A DNA stretch of 5,284 nucleotides, from positions 1-5,284 of the forward strand of contig WBXG01000079.1 of NCBI GenBank assembly GCA_008932965.1, given 5' to 3'. The notes beneath the pieces are model-generated. The model saw only the letters and a program-made list of their open reading frames with translations. It was not told the origin of the DNA and ran no database searches. Position 1 is the stretch's first letter. Every line of letters begins with the position of its first letter. The stretch comes from Verrucomicrobiota bacterium (lineage in GTDB: Bacteria; Verrucomicrobiota; Verrucomicrobiia; Chthoniobacterales; UBA6821). The translations under genes and the position numbers were made by a program. Positions 1-5,284 of the stretch are shown piece after piece.

Positions 1-426
1 ATGATCACAGGTAACTTTGCTCTACTCGCTGGGTTAGATGTCAAAGAAGTTCAAGAATGGTACCTAGGAGTCTACTCGGATGCCTACGAATGGGTAGAAA
101 TGCCCAATACCCTTGGTATGGCTCTCTTTGGTGATGGTGGAATTGTTGGAAGCAAGCCCTATGCCGCAAGTGGAAAATATATCCATCGAATGAGCAACTA
201 TTGCAAAAAATGTTTTTACGATCCTAATCTCACAATTGGTGAGCGAGCTTGCCCTTTCAATCTTCTCTATTGGGATTTCATGGCACGTCATGCTACTCAA
301 CTAAAAAGCAACCAGCGTATGAATATGGTTTTTTCAACATGGAATCAATTTCCTCAGGAAAAAAAAGAGGCAATCCAACAAGAAGCAACCTCTATTTTTT
401 CTAAAATGGAACAAGGAGAGCTATGA
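1..426 (+). CDS. C-terminal part of an Fe-S cluster cryptochrome/photolyase-family protein (FeS-BCP / PhrB-CryB type, COG3046-like); 5' end lies outside the window
   Basis: The frame is open from base 1, so the ATG at 1 is probably an internal Met in an LM(I/V)TGNFALLAG-type motif. The translation carries the family C-terminal signature EWVEMPNTLGMALFGDGG..SKPYAASGKYIHRMSNYCKKCFY. Cys68, Cys71 and Cys84 (nt 202-204, 211-213, 250-252) are spaced C-x2-C-x12-C. As I recall, that spacing matches three of the four 4Fe-4S ligands of Agrobacterium PhrB (C438/C441/C454) and Rhodobacter CryB. Stop TGA at 424-426. Confidence 0.8.
   Translation: MITGNFALLAGLDVKEVQEWYLGVYSDAYEWVEMPNTLGMALFGDGGIVGSKPYAASGKYIHRMSNYCKKCFYDPNLTIGERACPFNLLYWDFMARHATQLKSNQRMNMVFSTWNQFPQEKKEAIQQEATSIFSKMEQGEL
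413..418 (+). promoter_or_regulatory. Shine-Dalgarno (AAGGAG) for the 423 start, lying inside the 3' end of the upstream gene
   Basis: AAGGAG at 413-418 lies 4 nt before the ATG at 423. That ATG overlaps the upstream stop codon as ATGA (423-426), the usual layout for translational coupling. Confidence 0.6.
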
Positions 427-1325
427 TCCCCTTTGACGACTATATTGCTATTGATTGGTCTGGATCCAAAGCAGTATTAAGCCCAGGAATTGCTGTTGCA
501 AAAGCCTTTAAAGATGACTCTCAAGTCTTACTTATTTCTCCCCCAGAAAAAGAGTGGTCCCGTGCTCGTGTGGCAGAGTGGCTCATACTACAAGCAGCAG
601 GGTCGAAGCGCCTGCTTGTTGGAATTGACAGTAATCTTGGCTATTCTGCATCTCTCGTTCATAAATACCTACCTCATCTTCAAACCGCTCATGAGCTTTG
701 GGCCTTGATTGAAAAGACCTGTCATCAGGAGTCCAATTTTTATGCTCATGCTTTTTGGAGAGAATCACTCTTTCGTGATGCTTTTTGGATTGAAGGAAAA
801 AAACCTCTCCATTTCCCAGTAACACGGCGCCTCACAGAATTAGGGTGTATCGATCAACACCGAGGCTATCCAGAAAATCCTTTTAAATTAATAGGGGCAA
901 AACAAGTAGGGAAGGGAGGATTAGCAGCGATGCGTATGGCTCACTTTTTAAAAGAACAGCTCCAAGAAAAAATTGCCTTCTGGCCATTTGATTCTCAGGA
1001 GCACTGTAATGAAGCAACCATTGTAATTTTAGAAATCTACCCTCGCCTCTTTCTTCGAGAAGCTAATCATGGTCTTTCCAAAGTGCGTGACATTAAAAAG
1101 CTAAAAGAACTTTTGTTGTTTTACAAATCAACCACTCCCTCTCATTCAAAAATAAATGATCATTGTGCTGACGCATTGATTGCTGCGGCTGGAATGCGGC
1201 ATTGGATTCATGAAAGTAATGATTCCCTCAATTTAGAACAATGTTCTGCAACATTTGTAAAACAACTTCGTATCGAAGGTTGGATTTTAGGCGTTTCTCT
1301 ACCTGTAGAAAGCAAAAGATCTTGA
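423..1325 (+). CDS. Uncharacterised 300-aa protein, possibly RNase H-fold / DUF429-like predicted nuclease
   Basis: Complete ORF with a strong SD. It has no transmembrane or signal-like segment. The motif order resembles my recollection of DUF429 (COG2410/COG4923, predicted RNase H-fold nucleases): IAIDWSG (D11), [11 protein letters not shown] (D69), TRRLTELGC (R135/R136/E139), ILEIYPRLF (E204), [13 protein letters not shown] (D246/D250). The family call comes from motif memory only, not from a search. Confidence 0.7.
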   Translation: MIPFDDYIAIDWSGSKAVLSPGIAVAKAFKDDSQVLLISPPEKEWSRARVAEWLILQAAGSKRLLVGIDSNLGYSASLVHKYLPHLQTAHELWALIEKTCHQESNFYAHAFWRESLFRDAFWIEGKKPLHFPVTRRLTELGCIDQHRGYPENPFKLIGAKQVGKGGLAAMRMAHFLKEQLQEKIAFWPFDSQEHCNEATIVILEIYPRLFLREANHGLSKVRDIKKLKELLLFYKSTTPSHSKINDHCADALIAAAGMRHWIHESNDSLNLEQCSATFVKQLRIEGWILGVSLPVESKRS

Positions 1326-1369
1326 GCTCATGGGCAAAGGATGAGAAAGTACCTGCCCCCCTTTATTTC

Positions 1370-2323
1370 ATGCGTTATAACACTATCCTAGAGACTGTAG
1401 GAAACACTCCCCTCGTCCGCTTTCACCGAATTGCCCAGGAACTTGATTGTGAAATGTATGGCAAGTGTGAATTTTTTAACCCTGGTGGATCTTTAAAAGA
1501 TCGTATTGCCAAAAGCATGATTGAGGAGGCAGAGGCATCGGGAAGAATCAAGCCTGGAGATACCCTTATTGAGGCGACTTCAGGCAATACAGGGATTGGC
1601 CTTGCTGTAGCAGCAGCAGCAAAGGGATATAAAATGATCATCACGATGCCAGAAAAGATGAGTCAAGAAAAAGAAATCATTCTTAAGGTACTGGGAGCAA
1701 CGATATATCGCACACCCACAGAAGCGGCTTATGATTCTCCTGAGAGTCATATTTCTCTTGCAAAAAAACTCCAAAAAGAAATCCCAAATTCTCATATCCT
1801 CGATCAATATAGCAATCCTGCAAATCCTGACATTCACTACCGCACAACGGCTCAAGAGATCTTGGATGATGCAGGTAAAGGACTCGCTATGGTTGTTATT
1901 TCTGTTGGCACAGGGGGTGCCATCACCGGTATTGCCCGTAAAATCAAAGAAGTTAACCCTAACATCAAGATCGTTGGAGTTGATCCTTACGGTTCTATTC
2001 TTGGAGGTGGAACGGAAGTCTTTTCCTACAAGGTTGAAGGGATCGGTTACGATTTCTTTCCTAAAGTACTCGATAATTCGCTTGTGGACGAATACATCAA
2101 AACGGCTGACAAGGAATCCTTCTTGATGGCACGTCGTCTCATTCGTGAGGAGGGATTGCTTGTCGGGGGGTCCTGTGGAGCCACAACTTGGGGTGCACTG
2201 CAAGCTGCAAAGAGACTCAAAAAAGGAGAAAAATGCGTTGTCATCTTGGCTGATGGCATTCGTAATTATCTCACAAAATATGCAGATGATAACTGGATGA
2301 AACAAAACGGATTTTTGGATTAA
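1370..2323 (+). CDS. Cystathionine beta-synthase, catalytic core only (fold-type II PLP enzyme; an O-acetylserine-dependent MccA-like activity cannot be excluded)
   Basis: I trimmed the tracked ORF 1241-2323 to the ATG at 1370 ([18 protein letters not shown]), where similarity to CBS/CysK cores begins. The upstream extension overlaps the previous gene by 85 nt. PLP-lysine motif [11 protein letters not shown] (Lys at nt 1496-1498), Asn loop [10 protein letters not shown] and Gly loop GTGGAITG are present. Long stretches match my recollection of human CBS ([43 protein letters not shown]). No SD is visible upstream. Confidence 0.85.
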   Translation: MRYNTILETVGNTPLVRFHRIAQELDCEMYGKCEFFNPGGSLKDRIAKSMIEEAEASGRIKPGDTLIEATSGNTGIGLAVAAAAKGYKMIITMPEKMSQEKEIILKVLGATIYRTPTEAAYDSPESHISLAKKLQKEIPNSHILDQYSNPANPDIHYRTTAQEILDDAGKGLAMVVISVGTGGAITGIARKIKEVNPNIKIVGVDPYGSILGGGTEVFSYKVEGIGYDFFPKVLDNSLVDEYIKTADKESFLMARRLIREEGLLVGGSCGATTWGALQAAKRLKKGEKCVVILADGIRNYLTKYADDNWMKQNGFLD

Positions 2324-2328
2324 TATAT

Positions 2329-3477
2329 ATGAACACCTATCATTTGAAGACACGCGTCATTCACGCAGGACAAGAACCAGAACCTATTACGGGTGCTGTG
2401 ATGACCCCTATTTACTTGAGCTCTACTTATGCTCAAGAGAGCCCAGGCAAACATACAGGTTATGAATACTCCCGCACCGGCAATCCTACACGCCATGCCT
2501 ACGAGGAGTGTATTGCTAACCTTGAAAGTGGACTGCGAGGATTTGCCTTCTCCTCTGGCATGGCTGCCATTGCTACGATTCTAGAGCTTCTCGAGCCTGG
2601 CAATCATATCATTGCAAGCGATGATCTTTATGGTGGTACCTACCGATTGTTAGAACGTGTCCGAAAACGCTCTGCTGGCCTGGAGGTATCATTTGTCGAT
2701 TTTACAAAAATCGAGGACATTGAGGCAGCAGTGAGACCTCATACTAAAATGATTTGGGTCGAAACTCCAACTAACCCCATGCTGAAGCTTGCTGATTTGA
2801 ATCAAATAGCCTCCCTCGCCAAGAAACACCAGCTTCTTACGGTAGCTGATAACACCTTCGCTACACCGATGATCCAAAGACCCCTCGAGCATGGATTCGA
2901 TATTGTCATTCACTCGGCCACAAAATATCTCAATGGACATTCCGATATTGTCAATGGAGTCGCTGTGGTTAACAGCGAAGAGCTTGGACGACAGCTTCAT
3001 TTTTTACACAATAGCATCGGTGCTATTGCAGGGGCCTTTGATAGCTTTATGGCACTTCGTGGTTTAAAAACACTTGCACTTCGAATGGAGCGTCACAATT
3101 CCAATGCCATGGAATTGGCAAGTTGGCTTGAAGAGCATTCTAAGGTTGGCCACGTTTTCTACCCAGGACTCCAGAGCCATCCTCAACACCTGCTTGCCTG
3201 TCAGCAAATGAAGGGATTTGGAGGAATGATTTCACTTGATTTAAAATATACTCTTGAAGAAACCAAGGCCTTCCTACAACGCACCAAGCTCTTCACTCTT
3301 GCAGAAAGCCTCGGTGGTGTTGAGAGCCTCATTGAACATCCAGCACTCATGACTCACTTGGCTGTTCCCAAAGAACAACGAGAACGACTCGGTATCCGCG
3401 ATGGTTTTGTTCGTTTGTCGGTGGGCATTGAAGATGTGGAGGATTTAAAAAACGATTTGGAACAAGCGTTGAAATAG
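2329..3477 (+). CDS. Cys/Met-metabolism PLP-dependent enzyme, most likely cystathionine gamma-lyase (MccB/CTH-like); gamma-synthase or beta-lyase not excluded
   Basis: 382 aa, starting 5 nt after the CBS stop. PF01053-type features: N-terminal TRVIHAG, YSRTGNPT, the PLP-lysine motif HSATKYLNGHSD (Lys199, nt 2923-2925) and C-terminal LAESLGGVESLIEHPA..TH and RLSVGIED. The SATKY(L/M)NGHSD form is closest to what I recall for eukaryotic CTH (SATKYMNGHSD), versus MetB SCTKY and MetC SGTKY. Pairing with CBS favours the gamma-lyase call. Confidence 0.8.
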   Translation: MNTYHLKTRVIHAGQEPEPITGAVMTPIYLSSTYAQESPGKHTGYEYSRTGNPTRHAYEECIANLESGLRGFAFSSGMAAIATILELLEPGNHIIASDDLYGGTYRLLERVRKRSAGLEVSFVDFTKIEDIEAAVRPHTKMIWVETPTNPMLKLADLNQIASLAKKHQLLTVADNTFATPMIQRPLEHGFDIVIHSATKYLNGHSDIVNGVAVVNSEELGRQLHFLHNSIGAIAGAFDSFMALRGLKTLALRMERHNSNAMELASWLEEHSKVGHVFYPGLQSHPQHLLACQQMKGFGGMISLDLKYTLEETKAFLQRTKLFTLAESLGGVESLIEHPALMTHLAVPKEQRERLGIRDGFVRLSVGIEDVEDLKNDLEQALK

Positions 3478-3495
3478 TTTCATGGAAACCAACTT

Positions 3496-3584
3496 AGCCC
3501 GGATATTTCATACTGGTTCGTCGCGAGGCACCGCGAATCTTGATGCAGACACCACCGGCGGTCTGGAGACAGCGGGGGGAGACT
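3496..3584 (+). repeat. Copy A of a GC-rich direct repeat (degenerate and truncated), filling the intergenic gap between the PLP-enzyme gene and lysS
   Basis: It aligns base for base with 5161-5248: 7 substitutions and 1 single-base indel by my count over about 89 nt. Similarity ends at 3584, 3 nt before the lysS stop codon (3588-3590). Relative to copy B, two substitutions break the long hairpin (3571 A for C; 3576-3579 GGGG for G-TGG). Confidence 0.85.
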
Positions 3585-3587
3585 TGC

Positions 3588-5039
3588 CTATTTTTTCTTT
3601 AAATGTGGAAAGAGAATTACATCACGGATCGATGCCGCACCTGTCAACATCATCACGAGACGATCAATCCCAATCCCGATTCCACCAGCAGGAGGCATTC
3701 CATATTCGAGGGCTTCTAAAAAATCTTCATCGAGACATTGTTTCTCTACTCCAGCTTGGTGTTCCAGACGTTCACGCTGGAGATCAGGATCGTTGAGTTC
3801 AGAGTAACCAGGTGAAATTTCCTGACCATTGATAATAAGCTCATAAACCTCGACCGTAGAAGGATCCTTCTCACTGAGCTTCGCTAGCGGAACAAGCTCC
3901 TTGGGTACATGGGTGACAAAACAAGGATCAATCAATTTTTCTTCCACTAACTTTTCAAAAACATGCTGGGTTACTTCAAACTCCGCCTCGCAATGAGTGA
4001 TATCAAGACGCAGCTCAGAACATTGCTTACGTTTGCTATCAAGATCGAGCTCAAACCAACCTGGAACTGCTGCCTCTACAAGATCTCTATAGCGTGCTCT
4101 GCGCCATGGCCGAGCTAAATTAATGGTACGTGTGATATTCCCCTCATGATCGTGATGTTCAATCATGGGTCCGACACCAATATGATCTGCAAGTGCACAA
4201 ATCATCTCTTCAACAAGGTGTGACATCTGCTCAAAATCAGCAAAGGCCCAGTAGGCCTCAAGCATCGTGAACTCCGGATTGTGACGACGGGAAACCCCTT
4301 CATTACGAAAATTACGATTGAGTTCAAAAACTTTAGGAAAACCAGCCACCAAGAGTCGCTTCAAATAAAGCTCTGGGGCGATACGCAGAAAAAGATCCAT
4401 TCCAAGAGCATTATGATGTGTCTTGAAGGGCTCTGCTGCCGCACCTCCAGGAATGGCCTGCATCATTGGAGTCTCCACCTCTAAAAATCCTCGCTCCTCT
4501 AAAAAGTGCCGGATTTCACGAACAATAGCGATCCGTTGTTTGAAAATCGTACGTGATGAGTCATTGGCAATGAGATCAAGATAACGTTGACGATAGCGTA
4601 TTTCTGCATCTTGAACCCCATGCCATTTGTCAGGAAGCGGGCGGAGTCCTTTGCTTAAGAAAACAAGCTTGGCTGCACGAATACTTTTCTCACCAGTTTT
4701 GGTAGTAAAATAAATTCCTTCAATACCAATAAAATCTCCAATATCAACTTGAGGAAGTGCTACTGCACTTTGTTCCTCCAATTCCTTTGTGTTGAGATAA
4801 ATTTGCAGACGCCCCCCAATATCTGAAAGATCAAGAAAGCGACTCTTTCCCATATCACGGTAAGCAGTCACCCTGCCAGCCAGCGAGACTGCAGAGCCCT
4901 CAGCAAAGGCAGCCACGACATCAGCGACAGTTCCACTAGTTTTGAAAGGGCCTCCAAAAGGATCGATCCCATAATCTCGAAGTGCTTGGAGTTTTTGACG
5001 ACGAATAGCGATAAGCTCACTGAGCGGAGTATGTTCCAT
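3588..5039 (-). CDS. lysS: Lysine--tRNA ligase, class II
   Basis: 483-aa ORF. It has an N-terminal OB-fold region (VSLAGRVTAYRDMGKSRFLDLSD), a class II motif 2 region (NRNFRNEGVSRRHNPEFTMLEAY) and motif 3 (PPAGGIGIGIDRLVMMLTGAASIRDVILFP). The LysRS-typical RYRQRYLDLI is also present. An AAGGA SD lies 7 nt upstream of the ATG. Confidence 0.95.
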   Translation of the reverse strand: MEHTPLSELIAIRRQKLQALRDYGIDPFGGPFKTSGTVADVVAAFAEGSAVSLAGRVTAYRDMGKSRFLDLSDIGGRLQIYLNTKELEEQSAVALPQVDIGDFIGIEGIYFTTKTGEKSIRAAKLVFLSKGLRPLPDKWHGVQDAEIRYRQRYLDLIANDSSRTIFKQRIAIVREIRHFLEERGFLEVETPMMQAIPGGAAAEPFKTHHNALGMDLFLRIAPELYLKRLLVAGFPKVFELNRNFRNEGVSRRHNPEFTMLEAYWAFADFEQMSHLVEEMICALADHIGVGPMIEHHDHEGNITRTINLARPWRRARYRDLVEAAVPGWFELDLDSKRKQCSELRLDITHCEAEFEVTQHVFEKLVEEKLIDPCFVTHVPKELVPLAKLSEKDPSTVEVYELIINGQEISPGYSELNDPDLQRERLEHQAGVEKQCLDEDFLEALEYGMPPAGGIGIGIDRLVMMLTGAASIRDVILFPHLKKK

Positions 5040-5046
5040 AATGAAT

Positions 5047-5051
5047 TCCTT
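5047..5051 (-). promoter_or_regulatory. Shine-Dalgarno (AAGGA) for lysS
   Basis: The + strand TCCTT at 5047-5051 reads AAGGA on the - strand, 7 nt upstream of the lysS ATG (5039-5037). Confidence 0.6.
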
Positions 5052-5065
5052 AAATTAGATTCATG

Positions 5066-5094
5066 AAAATAGTCAGTGCTCTGCTAACTAGCAA
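5066..5094 (-). promoter_or_regulatory. Candidate sigma70-type lysS promoter (TTGCTA-17 nt-TATTTT)
   Basis: On the - strand there is TTGCTA (5094-5089), a 17-nt spacer, then TATTTT (5071-6066 region, i.e. 5071-5066). This would give a 5' UTR of roughly 20 nt. It is a pattern match in a 35% GC spacer and could arise by chance. Confidence 0.3.
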
Positions 5095-5160
5095 GCGATG
5101 AGTTAATGGAAGAGATCAGTAAAGGTGATCAAGGAGAACAGCAGGATATAAAAAATGGTT

Positions 5161-5284
5161 AACCCGCATATTTCATACTGGTTCGTCGCGAGGCGCCGCG
5201 AATCCTGATGCAGACACCACCGGCGGTCGGGAGACCGCGGTGGAGACTGTCTTTAGACAGCCCTGAAAGGGCGAGACGAGCGGG
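5161..5284 (+). repeat. Copy B of the GC-rich repeat (intact), continuing as structured GC-rich sequence to the window edge; unclassified element or ncRNA 5' region
   Basis: 5161-5248 aligns with copy A. By my count 5181-5284 is 66% GC, against 35% for the adjacent 5041-5160. Hairpins are visible: TCGCG/CGCGA (5186-5201); an 11-bp stem with one bulge and a GGGA (GNRA-type) tetraloop (CCACCGGCGGTC GGGA GACCGCGGTGG, 5217-5243); CTGTC TTTA GACAG (5247-5260); GCCC TGAAA GGGC (5260-5272). The 3' boundary is unknown because the window ends here. Confidence 0.8.

Noticed and set aside
64-825. Short alternative-frame and antisense ORFs (64-300 -, 490-708 +, 583-825 -); the same applies to 1423-1644 -, 1731-2126 +, 2047-2259 -, 2689-3000 - and 4281-4484 +
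   Set aside because: All are nested in longer ORFs with clear family signatures and have no start context or motifs of their own. They are shadow ORFs.
1241-1369. N-terminal extension of the tracked CBS ORF ([16 protein letters not shown]...), starting at 1241
   Set aside because: It overlaps the 3' end of the preceding gene by 85 nt in another frame and has Cys/Arg-rich, non-protein-like composition. It precedes the point where CBS-core similarity begins. The ATG at 1370 is the only in-frame start downstream of the neighbour's stop.
1580-2353. 257-aa ORF on the - strand, antisense to the CBS gene
   Set aside because: It lies entirely within a confidently identified + strand gene. Its translation is low-complexity and Cys/Phe/Ile-rich with no recognisable motif. 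It is a shadow ORF.
3552-3597. Intrinsic terminator for the + strand operon (hairpin 3552-3579 followed by TTTTTT at 3591-3596)
   Set aside because: The stem has two mismatches and a bulge. The T-run is 11 nt from the stem and lies within lysS coding sequence, so it is not a canonical Rho-independent terminator. It remains a possible weak one.
3482-3796. 104-aa + strand ORF (METNLARIFHTGSSRGTANLD...) covering repeat copy A and running antisense into lysS
   Set aside because: The part over the repeat is not conserved as a reading frame in copy B: the start is absent and an 8-nt indel lies upstream. The rest is antisense to the strongly supported lysS 3' end.
5114-5130. Small inverted repeat GATCA-N7-TGATC upstream of lysS
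   Set aside because: The arms are only 5 bp in an AT-rich spacer, so chance occurrence is likely. No second site or known operator consensus is recognisable.
5179-5205. tRNA T-arm-like string GGTTCG...CGAATCC inside the repeat (also 3514-3540)
   Set aside because: The GGTTCGAATCC-like halves are separated by a 13-nt insert. No acceptor, D or anticodon arms can be drawn around it, so it is not a tRNA or an obvious tRNA-derived att site.
5155-5208. 17-codon ORF (MVNPHISYWFVARRRES) starting just before repeat copy B, with AAGGAG at 5131-5136
   Set aside because: The SD is 18 nt from the ATG, which is too far. The ORF is in a different frame from the ATG-initiated ORF over copy A, so the peptide is not conserved between copies.
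3496-5248. CRISPR array
   Set aside because: There are only two copies, about 89 nt long, 1.6 kb apart and separated by a housekeeping gene. That is not CRISPR repeat-spacer architecture.
5161-5284. Resemblance of parts of the repeat to known RNAs: TPP riboswitch 3' half (CCUGAU...GCCGGCG..GGGA), ZTP (ACUGG...CCACCGG..GGGAG), SAH riboswitch and RNase P P3/P4 (GAGACG.GCGG)
   Set aside because: Only short partial strings match my memory of these consensus sequences. The obligatory elements are absent within the window: CUGAGA for TPP, CCGCCUGGGC for ZTP and GAGGAAAGUCC for RNase P. Copy A also has no downstream gene to regulate. A covariance-model search is still needed.

Overview
The window has four tightly packed + strand genes (1-3477), a convergent - strand lysS (3588-5039), and a GC-rich repeat on both sides of lysS.

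+ strand genes:
- The 3' end of an Fe-S cryptochrome/photolyase-family gene, cut by the window edge.
- An uncharacterised 300-aa protein whose start overlaps the photolyase stop (ATGA). Its motifs suggest an RNase H-fold, DUF429-like protein.
- A core-only cystathionine beta-synthase.
- A Cys/Met-family PLP enzyme, most likely cystathionine gamma-lyase. With the synthase it forms a reverse-transsulfuration pair.

The least explained part is non-coding. A direct repeat of about 89 nt (about 90% identical by eye) lies immediately 3' of lysS (3496-3584) and about 120 nt 5' of it (5161-5248). The first copy loses similarity 3 nt before the lysS stop codon. The second copy keeps intact hairpins and runs on as structured sequence into the window edge.

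I see no CRISPR array, tRNA or rRNA gene, transposase or recognisable defence system. The two candidates for new biology are the photolyase/nuclease-like coupled pair and the structured repeat. Neither can be resolved from this window. Taxon is not determinable; about 44% GC and a eukaryote-like CBS are the only hints.
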